From Candidatus Latescibacterota bacterium (GTDB lineage Bacteria; Latescibacterota; UBA2968; UBA8231), in assembly GCA_965208105.1 (NCBI GenBank), contig OZ242318.1, positions 4,160,001 through 4,224,000 on the forward strand: DNA of 64,000 nt, in the 5' to 3' direction. This document shows positions 41,360-50,927 of this stretch, one piece after another. Position 1 is the first letter of the stretch; each line of letters starts with the position of its first letter. The position numbers were made by a program, and so were the translations under genes. The notes below the pieces were generated by a model, which ran no database searches, had not been told where the DNA came from, and worked only from the letters and a program-made list of their open reading frames with translations.

Positions 41360-42808
41360 CTAAAGTGAAACCGAGAACAGGCGGGCCCGGCAAAGCTCTA
41401 TCCGCAGGCACAGATCCCTGCCCTTCAATGGCGACAGGTCGCTGGTTCCGTTCCAGCTCACCTCCGCCTCGAGGTGGTCGCCCCGAACCTCGGCGCAATC
41501 GGCGAAGCTGTAACCTTCCATGGGCTCCAGATGGGCGGGCGGCCACAGGGTGGGCTCGATCAATTCCACCCGGATCCAGCCATTGGGGGCGGTCTGGCAG
41601 TTGAGCAGCAGTGGGGCTCCGCTGGCGGGCAGTTGATTGAGAGTGACCCGGCCCGTCTCCGCGGCCTCCAGGGCAACCAGGCGGTCACGGGTCCATGTCG
41701 CCCAGCGGATCTCACCCCTGGACCGCTCGGGCTCGTAGTAGTAGCTCTCGTTGTGGAGCTCCTCCTCGCCGCGGCAGATCAGGCCCCAGCGCTCACCATC
41801 AAGGGGGACAAGGCCCGGCCCCGGATAGATCCCCCCCTTGTACGGATGGGAGGGGGGAATGACCGGTTTGCGCTCGGGCCACGACCAGTTGAACCCGTCG
41901 CGGCTCACCGCGATGCGCACCTCAACGCAGTCGAGCAGGCGACGGTAGATGGCCGGGAACATCAGGTGGAAGTCCCCTGACCCGGGATAGGGAGAGTACC
42001 CGTTGGTGTAGTAGTCGTCCGTGGGTGGTTCATCGCCGTCGGGCTGCAGCACGATGTCCGGTTGCGGCCAATGGCGGAAATCGGCGGTCTCGGAGCGCGC
42101 TATGCTGCGCCTCCTTCCGGCACTGGAGCGCCAGTAGCCCACGTATTTCCCGCTGTCCTCGTCGTAGAGCACGACGTTCTGCGTATCGCAAAACTTCTCG
42201 AAAAGGGGCTCGTCGAGGAAGGTCCAACGAAGCCCGTCGGGTGAAACCGCGCCGTGGACCGCGCCTACCAGCTTCAGTTCCTTTCCATAGATCTCCGCCG
42301 GAGGAATGCCGCGCTCCTCGAGCTCGGAAAGGGCGCGCTCCAGCTCTGCGCCGGCTAGGCGCGTCCCCTTGCGGTCGGCCGATGCCTGCATGGTCACCAG
42401 CTTGTAGCGCTCGGACTCGGGGGCTGCCGGGTCCAGGAATACGCTGCCTTCGATGCTTCTGTCGAGCACCAGATTGTTGGCCCTGGAGCCTTCGTGGTCA
42501 ACCAGGTCGAGTTCGGGTTTGGTCCAGGCGAAGCCGTCGTCGCTCTCGGCGTAGGCCAGCCCCTCCTTGCAGCCGTACCACATGCGGTACTTGCCTTCAT
42601 CGCAGCGGGCGGTGACGTAGCCGGGGGTGGTGCCTTCCCATGGTTTGTCGAGGACCACCACGGGATCGGTGATGGCCGCGGGCTGCACTGCAAGTCTGAC
42701 CTCCTGCGGCGCCTCGCTGATGAAGGCGGTGCCGTCCTCGTCGTAGCCGGTGGCTCCTGGCCAGATTCCATGCCAGTCCAGGAACAACTCCTTCGTGCGC
42801 GCGCTCAT
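41360..42808 (-). CDS. Beta-propeller glycoside-hydrolase-like protein (paralog 2)
   Basis: Same motif series as 36256-37758. Confidence 0.65.
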   Translation of the reverse strand: MSARTKELFLDWHGIWPGATGYDEDGTAFISEAPQEVRLAVQPAAITDPVVVLDKPWEGTTPGYVTARCDEGKYRMWYGCKEGLAYAESDDGFAWTKPELDLVDHEGSRANNLVLDRSIEGSVFLDPAAPESERYKLVTMQASADRKGTRLAGAELERALSELEERGIPPAEIYGKELKLVGAVHGAVSPDGLRWTFLDEPLFEKFCDTQNVVLYDEDSGKYVGYWRSSAGRRRSIARSETADFRHWPQPDIVLQPDGDEPPTDDYYTNGYSPYPGSGDFHLMFPAIYRRLLDCVEVRIAVSRDGFNWSWPERKPVIPPSHPYKGGIYPGPGLVPLDGERWGLICRGEEELHNESYYYEPERSRGEIRWATWTRDRLVALEAAETGRVTLNQLPASGAPLLLNCQTAPNGWIRVELIEPTLWPPAHLEPMEGYSFADCAEVRGDHLEAEVSWNGTSDLSPLKGRDLCLRIELCRARLFSVSL

Positions 42809-42818
42809 GAGCCTCCTC

Positions 42819-44342
42819 CTACATCAGGGTTGAGAATACCCGCGCCCGGCAGAGTTGCAGGCACAGGCAGATGTTGCGTCCCTTCAATGCCGAAAGATCG
42901 GCGTTGCCCTTGAAGCGGACTTCGCTATCCAGGCCGTCCCCCCGCACCGGGTCGCAGTCATCGAAGCTGAATCCCTGGATGGGTTTGATCTTCTCGGGGG
43001 GCCACAGCATGGGTTCCACGAACGCTGCCCGCACCCATCCACCCGGCTCGGTCTGGCAGTTGAGGAGGAGCCGCTCGCCCCGGCAGACCCGGGGCAGGAG
43101 GGTCACCTGTCCCTGCACCTCCGCCTCGAGGGCGACGAAGCGGTCGCGCTTCCATACAGCCCAGCGATGGTAGACATCCTGGTCGTAGTTATCGTAGTAG
43201 TAGCCTTCGTTGTGGCGGTGGCTCATGCAGATATAGGGAACTCCCCAGTGCGACTGGTCCAGCGGAAAAATCCCGTGGCGCACGTAGATGCCGCCGTCCT
43301 CGCACCTCTCGGGAGATCCCAGCTTGAGGATGGGGTCCCTGTGGCGGAACCAGGTAATGCCGTTGCGGCTCACCGCGATCTGGGTGTCGACCACGTCCGT
43401 GCCGCGGTGGAAGATACTGGGAAACATGATGTGGTAGTTCCCGGTGGGATAGGGAGCGTAGGCGTTGGTGTAGATGTCCTGCACAGGCGGGTCGTCGGCG
43501 TCGGGCTGGACCACGATGGTGGGAGTGGGCCATTGGCGGAAATCGCCGGTCTCGGCGCGGCCGATGCAGCGCCAGGGGTTGGGCGGCCACACCGTGGGCA
43601 CGGTCTCGCGGAACATGTTGTGGCGGAAGTAACCCACGTAGCTGTTCCTCTCCTCATCGAAGAAGACGATGTTGTCCGAGTCGCAGAACATCTCCAGGAG
43701 CGGCCGCTCCAGCTGGGTCCAGCGCAGCCCGTCGGGGGAAACCGCGCCCATCAGGTTGCCCATCAGCCCGATCTCCTCCAGGATCTCCTGCTCGCTCTTG
43801 CCCTGGGCGCACAACTCGGTGCGCAGCTTGAGCGCATCGGGCTCGTCCTCGGCCCCTTCCATGTGACCGCCTCCGCGTTTCCACCAGCCCTTCATGCCCA
43901 CCATCTTGTAGCGTTCGGCCGGGGGTGCCTGGGGATTGGTGTCCAGGAAAATGTGTCCTTCCAGATCGCTGTCGATGATGTTGTTCTCCCTGGAGCCCTC
44001 GAACTCGCACAGTCCCAGCGACGGTTTTTCCCAGGCGAGGCCGTCGTCGCTTTCGGCATAGCAGGTTGCGCTCCCGGACCACCCCCGCGGCTGGGTGTGA
44101 TACCACAGCCGAAAGCGGCCGTCATGGTGCATCAGGGTGGAAATATTCACCCTGCCGCCCTCCCAGGGACGATCGTTGTCCATCTCGAAATCCCGTTTCT
44201 CCTGGGGAGGCTGCACGGAGAGCTTCACCCCGGTCGGAAACTCGCCGATGAAGGCGCGGCCGTCCGCCTCGTATCCGGAAGCTCCCGGCCACAGCTCGAA
44301 CCAGTCGAGAAACGGTACTGGAGTTTTGGCATCCTCGCTCAT
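42819..44342 (-). CDS. Beta-propeller glycoside-hydrolase-like protein (paralog 3)
   Basis: Same motif series as 36256-37758; AGGAGG in the short gap to the next gene. Confidence 0.65.
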   Translation of the reverse strand: MSEDAKTPVPFLDWFELWPGASGYEADGRAFIGEFPTGVKLSVQPPQEKRDFEMDNDRPWEGGRVNISTLMHHDGRFRLWYHTQPRGWSGSATCYAESDDGLAWEKPSLGLCEFEGSRENNIIDSDLEGHIFLDTNPQAPPAERYKMVGMKGWWKRGGGHMEGAEDEPDALKLRTELCAQGKSEQEILEEIGLMGNLMGAVSPDGLRWTQLERPLLEMFCDSDNIVFFDEERNSYVGYFRHNMFRETVPTVWPPNPWRCIGRAETGDFRQWPTPTIVVQPDADDPPVQDIYTNAYAPYPTGNYHIMFPSIFHRGTDVVDTQIAVSRNGITWFRHRDPILKLGSPERCEDGGIYVRHGIFPLDQSHWGVPYICMSHRHNEGYYYDNYDQDVYHRWAVWKRDRFVALEAEVQGQVTLLPRVCRGERLLLNCQTEPGGWVRAAFVEPMLWPPEKIKPIQGFSFDDCDPVRGDGLDSEVRFKGNADLSALKGRNICLCLQLCRARVFSTLM

Positions 44343-44365
44343 ATCATCTCTCTTTCTTCCAAATT

Positions 44366-44453
44366 AAAGCCCCTGGCAAGATGCGGTGCGGGTGCGCCCG
44401 GGACATCGGCCGCCCCGGTTGGGGCCGCCCGACGGCATCCTGCCAGGGACTTT
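44366..44453. repeat. Long imperfect intergenic inverted repeat
   Basis: AAAGCCCCTGGCAAGATGC (44366-44384) matches the reverse complement of GCATCCTGCCAGGGACTTT (44435-44453) at 17/19. Confidence 0.55.
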
Positions 44454-46441
44454 CAGAACCGCAGGTGAATGATCTCGTGAACGCCCACGTCGGGAAGAAA
44501 GCACCTGATCCCATCCCCACTCCTCTCCCAGCTCAAGGTGCGGTCCCCCGGTTGAAGGGATGCTGAAGCTGGCGCGGCCGGACAGCGCAGACGCAGAGTG
44601 CGCGGACCACCGCCGGGCACCTGCTCCACGAAATAGCTGCCCGCCCCCATGTCGCGGTCCGCCCCGTGGTTCACCAGGTGAACCAGCCATTCATCCGGCC
44701 TCTGGCGCACCGCCACCTCGAGTTGCCCGGCCGGGTCCAGCTCCGCCACCGGCCGCGGGTGCAGGTTTCGCAGTTCACCCAGTACCAGGTCGCGCAGTGC
44801 CGGAGCCTGTACGTTTCTGTAACCGTCGAAGACATGGCCCGCCAGGGTCGCGACCTTTCCACGGCCAAGCTGGTGCAGGTACGAAACCGGGACCCCTTGC
44901 AAGGGTTCGAAGCTCGAAACGTCCCAGAGCTGCCCCCGTGCCCGTGCATCACCGCCCCGCGCCTTCGCAGCCTTGTAGAAGACCCGGGCCCATCCCGACG
45001 GCAGGAGGGCCCGAAGCGCCACCTTTTCCAGCGGGTCCTCGGCGCTTTCCAGGGATTCCCATCCTGCGACTCCGGTCAGGTCGGCGCTCTCCTCGGGGAG
45101 GGGCAGACTCAGCAGCAGACGCCCCCCGCCGCGCACGAATTTCCTCAGCGCCTGCACCAGTTCCCGGGAAAGATGGGACACCCCCGGCAGCAGCGCGACG
45201 GGCCAGTTGGAACCCCGTTCAATAAAGGCTTCCTCGCTGACCAGATCGTGGTGCAGTCCCGCCTCCACCAGCACCTGATGGGCGGCGAAGACCCGGTGCA
45301 CGTCCTCGGTCTCCAGCTGCAGCTTGGGATCGTTCTCCCACCCGGCGGCTGAAACAATCAATGCCAGGTCCGCCACCGAGGTCGTCCCCGTGCAGAAGGG
45401 CTGGCGCTCCCGCGCGAAACGGCCGACCGCCGCCAGGGTCGGAGGATCCTCCACTCGAAAAGCCGCTTCCCGCGTCGGCGTCACCCAGTAGAACAGGCGC
45501 GCTCCGTTGGCAAGCAAGGCTGCCGCTTCCTGCTCCATCTGCGCGGCGGACTTGTGGTAGGTGTACCCCCGGGTGCGGTAGTCCAGGCTGAAATCGCAGA
45601 CCATGATGTCGAAGGGCAGGCCCTGATGATTCATGAACCGAGCCTCGCGCCCGGCCGCCTTGACCCCGTGGTTGAGCGGCACGTCACCGGACAGCCAGTC
45701 CACCTTTCCCCGGCTCGCCCACGGATTGCGCAGGGTGTGCAGCCAGTTCACCGAGAACAGGCAACCGGGATGGACCTCCCGGATCAGGTCGCGGACCTTC
45801 TGCAGGTAGTCCATGTAGGTGCCGCGGCAGAAGCGCAGAGCAAGAGGCCAGTCCTGGTGTCCATGGTCTCTTGGCACCTTGCGGCCGCCGTGGCGGCTGG
45901 CGAAGATTTCCTCGCAGGAAGCGCAGTAACACACCTGGGAAACCCACACGTCCCCATCGAACCACATTCCGTCAGGGCGGTAATTTTCCAGGATCTCGCG
46001 GATCTGGGGGAGCAGGTACTCGTCGACGTACTGGCTGTTGTGGCACAGGAAGAAGCTGTGCATGGTGTCGCCTTCCCACTTCTCTTCCGTGCCGTAAAAA
46101 TTCCCATCGGCCTTGACGATGCGCCAATCCTCGTGCCCGTCCGCCGCCACCGCGTCCACCAGGCTGGAGTAGTAGACGCTGAAGCGCACCCCCATCTCGC
46201 GGCACACGTCGCGATAGACCGCCAGCACATCTTCGCTGTGCGCGCTGCTCACCTGCCCGACCTTCGTAGGGTAGGATGCGATCCCCGGATGTCCCTTGGA
46301 GTGCACCTGGATCATGTCCGGCTGCACTTCGCCCAGGAACTGGCGCAGGATGCCGCGGCTGATGCCCGCTCCCGTCCTGGCATCCTTGCGGGTGTGGTAA
46401 TCCACGTGGACGTTGAAGAAGCTCTCTTCGTACCAGTTCAT
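44453..46441 (-). CDS. Glycoside hydrolase (GH29/GHL6-like TIM barrel + GH42-type trimerisation-like domain)
   Basis: H.D.H, KGHPG..SYPT.VG, YYS...D, C.NS.Y, DG.WFD, CYC..C, L...V..GG.LL, VHLVN. Confidence 0.7.
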   Translation of the reverse strand: MNWYEESFFNVHVDYHTRKDARTGAGISRGILRQFLGEVQPDMIQVHSKGHPGIASYPTKVGQVSSAHSEDVLAVYRDVCREMGVRFSVYYSSLVDAVAADGHEDWRIVKADGNFYGTEEKWEGDTMHSFFLCHNSQYVDEYLLPQIREILENYRPDGMWFDGDVWVSQVCYCASCEEIFASRHGGRKVPRDHGHQDWPLALRFCRGTYMDYLQKVRDLIREVHPGCLFSVNWLHTLRNPWASRGKVDWLSGDVPLNHGVKAAGREARFMNHQGLPFDIMVCDFSLDYRTRGYTYHKSAAQMEQEAAALLANGARLFYWVTPTREAAFRVEDPPTLAAVGRFARERQPFCTGTTSVADLALIVSAAGWENDPKLQLETEDVHRVFAAHQVLVEAGLHHDLVSEEAFIERGSNWPVALLPGVSHLSRELVQALRKFVRGGGRLLLSLPLPEESADLTGVAGWESLESAEDPLEKVALRALLPSGWARVFYKAAKARGGDARARGQLWDVSSFEPLQGVPVSYLHQLGRGKVATLAGHVFDGYRNVQAPALRDLVLGELRNLHPRPVAELDPAGQLEVAVRQRPDEWLVHLVNHGADRDMGAGSYFVEQVPGGGPRTLRLRCPAAPASASLQPGDRTLSWERSGDGIRCFLPDVGVHEIIHLRF

Positions 46442-46630
46442 TCCAGGGTTCTCTCCGGTGATGGAGTTCGCATGCCTGCTGCCCGAGTGCCGGGACGGAG
46501 GTTCAGGCGAATCGCACCGGTATCCGCGTTTTCCGCATTCGGTCTGTTGCCCGCCAGGGTAAGGAGACGGGCGGAATCCGGCGGCCGCCGCCGTCCTTTC
46601 GGCCTGCACCTGAATTCATGCCGGCAGGTC

Positions 46631-49591
46631 CTACAACGGGCGCCCGTACTCGGTGTACCCTATCAGGGTGCGGACAAAGAAGGACCGGGTTTCATATTCC
46701 CTGAAGCGCTGAATCTCGGCGTCGAAGTCGAGCTGGTCATTGGAGATCCCGACAATGGTATACAGATCGTAGCCGAAGTAGCGCGAGCGGTTGGTAAGGG
46801 TGATGAAGGAGGTGCGTCGTTCCTGACTGTTGCGGTCGGCTATCTGGTCATCGCGCCGGTATGGAAGGGGGCCCATTCCCTGGATCCCCGCCCGCAGCGC
46901 CGTTCGATCCAACAATTGGTACTCCAAGCCCAGGATCGGGATCGAGCGGGTCTCGGCCAGCAGATCCTCGTTCTGCTGCCGGTCGGCCAGGCGCAGCAGC
47001 ATGAATTTGTACTGGGGTGTCACCTTCAGCTTGCCCCAGTACCAGGTGTAGTCGACCCTGCTGACCCAGGTCCAGAAGTCAAGACGCCGCTGTCGCTGGA
47101 AGATTCCGGGACGCAGCTGCCCGCCCTGCTGCCAGTTCAGCTGCAGTCGCCACTTCTGCACGACATTGAGGGTGGACCATGGGCTGAGGTTCCCTTCGAG
47201 GTAGGTATCGTTGACATAGCTGTCCTGGAAGTAGAGCAGGTCCGGCCGGAAGCGGCTTGCCCAGATGGGGGGAGCGTTCGATCTGGAATTGGAGAAACGA
47301 ACTCCTCGTCCTCCGAAGCCACCTCCGCGCAGGGGGATGTCGTCCACCGTGGTGAACTCGTTGGCTATGTCATCCCGCACCCGGCGGAAGCGATTCTCGA
47401 AGAAGAGCCTTCTGAGAAGCGCCGTGCCTTCCCGGCGTTCCAACCCCTCGCGGAGGTAACTCAGCAGCGCGTAGTTCGAGTTGTTGCGCCCATTGCCGGC
47501 AACCTGATCGATCCGGAATCTTCCCGCTCCCAGGGACCAGTGGCGAGTCAGGTTCCACTGTCCGAAGAGGTGGTAGCCGCGCTCGTCGTAGTAGTAGGGA
47601 TAGTCCACCACGCCGTCGTCCTCCCGGTGGTCCGGCTCGTTGTTGTTGTTGCGGTCCAGGCCATAGGCGTAGATATTGGGCTCGACGTCGTACATCAGGA
47701 AGGGCTCGTCGAAATCGGGGATGTGATTGAGGTTGCGGTTTGTCTCCGGGGCTCCGTCCTTGTCCTCGTCCTGCCCGATGAAAATCCCGTCCATGTCGAA
47801 GTCCCTGCTGTCGTTGGGCAACCCCACTATGTTGCCGAAGCGGGCGTCGGGGTAGCGGTCGCCGTCGTCGTTGTCCTGCACCGTCTGCCAGTAGGCGGTC
47901 TCGTTGGTCAGTCCGTGCAGATTGGAGTAACTCAGGCCGAGCCCGAAGTCGAGGTAGGTGCGCATCTCCGTCTGGAATTCCGGATTGATGGAAAAATACT
48001 CGCCGCCTATGCGGCCCTGGCCGAACCAGTGCGAGGCGTTCAGGTAGTAGGCGTCGCCCCGGTCCTTGAAGCGGGCCCCGTCGTCGAGGAACGGGGCTCC
48101 TTCCACCTGGGCGGGATAGCGTGAATACACACTCGAACGGGCGTATTCTCCTATGACCTCCAGCCCGGGAAGGCGCAGTTGCAGGTCCGCACTGTAGACG
48201 AAGTTGGCGGTGTTCTCTCCAACCTTGAAGCGCCGCCGTTTGAGGTTCGACAGGTCGTGCACGTTGCCCGGAGAACGCAGGACCGTTCTGTAGTAGGTGC
48301 TCAGATACTGGGCATGGTAGGTCTTGCCGCGGGGGTCGGTCAGGCTCAGGACCGCCACCTCCACCCGGTAGTCATTGCCCAGGATGGCTTCCACCTCCAG
48401 GGACTCGACCATGGGTTCCTGCGACAGGTCGAAGAGGAAGGCCAGTTGCTCGTCGCCGTTTGACTGCAGGGACCCCTGGGAAGTTTCTATCGCGAAGCTC
48501 CCCAGCAGGCCGCTGAGGTTGGTGGATTTGCTCACGTCTATACCAGCTTCGTAGTCCAGGCGGTAATAGTAGTCCGAGTAGAGAGGGATCTCGCGCTCGC
48601 GATAGTAGAGATTGCCTACGAAGCGGCCTATGTCCACCGGTCCTCCAGGAGCTGGTCGGACATAGTTGGCCTGCCGGAACCGGCCGGTGGCCTGCGAGAC
48701 CGTTCCAACCTGAGGGGTGACACCGGCCAGGTGGCGGATCACCTGGGACTCCAGGTCCGGCCTCGCTTCGCCATTGACTATCAGTTGAACGTCCTGGACC
48801 ACGGCCCCGCCCATGCCATCCTCGGGTGAATCGTCCGAAAAGCGCACGATAACCCGGTGGATGAGCGGCTGATCGGGCCGCAGCCGGCCTTTGATCCCGT
48901 TGCCCGGCTGGGTGCTCTGGTAGACGTGCTGGTTCACCCAGTTGAGTCCCAGCTGCAATATGCCGAGATCGGCCTGCATCCGGCTGCCCAAAAGCAGGGT
49001 GGAATCGTCGGCGCGGTGGGCGTCCTCGTCGATCCAGATAGGCTGGTACTCGATATAGGACCTGGGCCGTTCGACCCGCGAGGCCAGGCCGGTGAATTTG
49101 AGGCGAGGAGTGGAAACATCCAGGCGCACGCCGTTGTAGTCCGTTTTGGACAGGGTCAGGGGGGTGAAGCGGGCTATCATCCCATCGCCGGCAATGGCGC
49201 GGTAGCCCCAACTGCCGTAGCCGTCGCGGCCCACCACCAGGTAGTCGAAAACGGCTGACCAGACTCCCAGGTCCTTGTAGATGCGGCTGCCGTAATCCAG
49301 GCCAGCGGTGCGGGTCTCGCTCCAGCCAAAGATGGGATAGCCGGTGATGAGATAGTTCCCCAGGGAGTTGTAGTAGTCCCTCGGGGCATCGTCGAAGGGA
49401 AACTCGTGGTTGGGATAGTGGGTGTATTGCTGAATGGCGAAATTGCGGTAAGCCGGCTGTGCCTTGCGCAAAAATGGCCGCGCTTCGGTCATCTGGTCGA
49501 GGTAAATTCTATGCTCTTCAGCGCCGGCTGCCGTTATGGCGGCTGCCCAAATCAGGCACCACGCCAAGTGTCGTAGGGATGAGCCCAGCAT
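46631..49591 (-). CDS. Large exported hypothetical protein, probable outer-membrane beta-rich protein with Asp-rich Ca-binding-like repeats
   Basis: Signal peptide (..AAGA|EE); DNDDGD.YPD, D.D.DG, DRNNNNEPD, DYPY repeats; aromatic alternating strands in the C-terminal third; AAGGAG RBS. Confidence 0.65.
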   Translation of the reverse strand: MLGSSLRHLAWCLIWAAAITAAGAEEHRIYLDQMTEARPFLRKAQPAYRNFAIQQYTHYPNHEFPFDDAPRDYYNSLGNYLITGYPIFGWSETRTAGLDYGSRIYKDLGVWSAVFDYLVVGRDGYGSWGYRAIAGDGMIARFTPLTLSKTDYNGVRLDVSTPRLKFTGLASRVERPRSYIEYQPIWIDEDAHRADDSTLLLGSRMQADLGILQLGLNWVNQHVYQSTQPGNGIKGRLRPDQPLIHRVIVRFSDDSPEDGMGGAVVQDVQLIVNGEARPDLESQVIRHLAGVTPQVGTVSQATGRFRQANYVRPAPGGPVDIGRFVGNLYYREREIPLYSDYYYRLDYEAGIDVSKSTNLSGLLGSFAIETSQGSLQSNGDEQLAFLFDLSQEPMVESLEVEAILGNDYRVEVAVLSLTDPRGKTYHAQYLSTYYRTVLRSPGNVHDLSNLKRRRFKVGENTANFVYSADLQLRLPGLEVIGEYARSSVYSRYPAQVEGAPFLDDGARFKDRGDAYYLNASHWFGQGRIGGEYFSINPEFQTEMRTYLDFGLGLSYSNLHGLTNETAYWQTVQDNDDGDRYPDARFGNIVGLPNDSRDFDMDGIFIGQDEDKDGAPETNRNLNHIPDFDEPFLMYDVEPNIYAYGLDRNNNNEPDHREDDGVVDYPYYYDERGYHLFGQWNLTRHWSLGAGRFRIDQVAGNGRNNSNYALLSYLREGLERREGTALLRRLFFENRFRRVRDDIANEFTTVDDIPLRGGGFGGRGVRFSNSRSNAPPIWASRFRPDLLYFQDSYVNDTYLEGNLSPWSTLNVVQKWRLQLNWQQGGQLRPGIFQRQRRLDFWTWVSRVDYTWYWGKLKVTPQYKFMLLRLADRQQNEDLLAETRSIPILGLEYQLLDRTALRAGIQGMGPLPYRRDDQIADRNSQERRTSFITLTNRSRYFGYDLYTIVGISNDQLDFDAEIQRFREYETRSFFVRTLIGYTEYGRPL

Positions 49592-49714
49592 ATGCTTTCT
49601 CCTTGCAACCCGATTCGTTCTTCCAGGGACATCGGAACTATGTATTTCTCCCGGCAAAATATAATAAGAAACCATCCCATTCCCTAAAGGTTTCCTCCAT
49701 CAAGGGAGCGAATC

Positions 49715-50515
49715 TCACGGGTCGGCCTCTGACCGGGCCCACACCGGCATTGGCTGCCCCTGGGCGCAGCGCAGTTTCTCCAGATCGTCCCGGGGAGGCT
49801 GCTCGAACATTCCCAGCCTGCTCACCGGCGGCAGGCCGGCCTGGCGCAATACCGCCATGGTCTCGGCCATCTTGAACCCGGGCAGCATGCCGTCGACGAT
49901 CGGGGCGCCCTGCTTTTGGGGATGCTCGCGCGCCTCCCTGGACAGCACCGAGCCGGCCAGGGTGCAGCCGGCGATGAGCACCTCGGCGCCGTCCTCCTCG
50001 ACGCAGAGGCGCGCCGTCTCCAGCACCCGGCAACGGGTTTTCTCAGGCGTAGTGCGGTCCACGTAGAGGTCGTTGGCGTCGATGTCGAAGCTGCGCACTG
50101 AAACCAGCCCCTGTGCAAGCTGGTACTGCTCCAGCAGCATCTTCTGGATCTGGCCGTTCTGCGCATCGACGCTCAACAGGGAAAATCGACGGCCCATGGT
50201 CCGCGCCGTCAGGACTGCCGCCTCCAGGGTGGCGGTCACCGGAATGGTGCACATCTGCCTGCATTCGTAGAGGCCGATATCGAGATTGCAGCTGATGAAA
50301 ACGGCGTCGTAGCCCTCCCTTTCGGCCTCCATTGCCCGGTCGATGGTGGGGCCAGTACAGCTGTGCTTGAAGAACAGCCACTGGTTGTTGGCGAGAGGGT
50401 AGCGCGATTCGATGTTGACGATGTCGAATTCCGTTCCCGGTGCGGCGATTGCCTCCAGGTTTTCACGCCCGAAAAATTCGGTGCCTGCAAAGGGGTTTAT
50501 GACACAAATGCGCAT
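49715..50515 (-). CDS. Asp/Glu/hydantoin racemase family protein
   Basis: I.VINP, EGYDAV.ISC..D.G....R....IPV, DGAEV.I.GCT. Confidence 0.82.
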   Translation of the reverse strand: MRICVINPFAGTEFFGRENLEAIAAPGTEFDIVNIESRYPLANNQWLFFKHSCTGPTIDRAMEAEREGYDAVFISCNLDIGLYECRQMCTIPVTATLEAAVLTARTMGRRFSLLSVDAQNGQIQKMLLEQYQLAQGLVSVRSFDIDANDLYVDRTTPEKTRCRVLETARLCVEEDGAEVLIAGCTLAGSVLSREAREHPQKQGAPIVDGMLPGFKMAETMAVLRQAGLPPVSRLGMFEQPPRDDLEKLRCAQGQPMPVWARSEADP

Positions 50516-50927
50516 GGCGGCTCTCCTCGATGGGCGACCAGGACCCGGACGGTGTCCTGCACGCGGACACCCGGGGGAGAAGCGGTGAGGTCGCGGTTGA
50601 AGTATCGACACCAGATAACATGGCAGGATTCCACGTCCCGTTGCCAACCTTGATTCGAACCCCTGCGGTCGGAGATCGGATGGAGCCCACCACGGAGGGA
50701 CGGCTCTGCCCCCCATCTCGCAGGAGTTTCCCGGACCGGAGAAAGGGGCTTGCCGGTTAAGTAAGTTTTCCCATCACCGCAGCGCAAGAGGTCCAGCTTG
50801 ATGGCCCGTAATAAAAAGACGCGATTATCCCCTTGACACAACAAGGATGATTTCTTATAGATGAACAAGTACCACAAGTCGGCGCGGACCTCTGAAAGAC
50901 TCAGCCCTCGGGAGGGCCGCGGAAGAA

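Noticed and set aside
50650-50670. GGTTCGAATC (minus strand) as a tRNA T-arm
   Set aside because: No acceptor stem, D-arm or anticodon arm could be built
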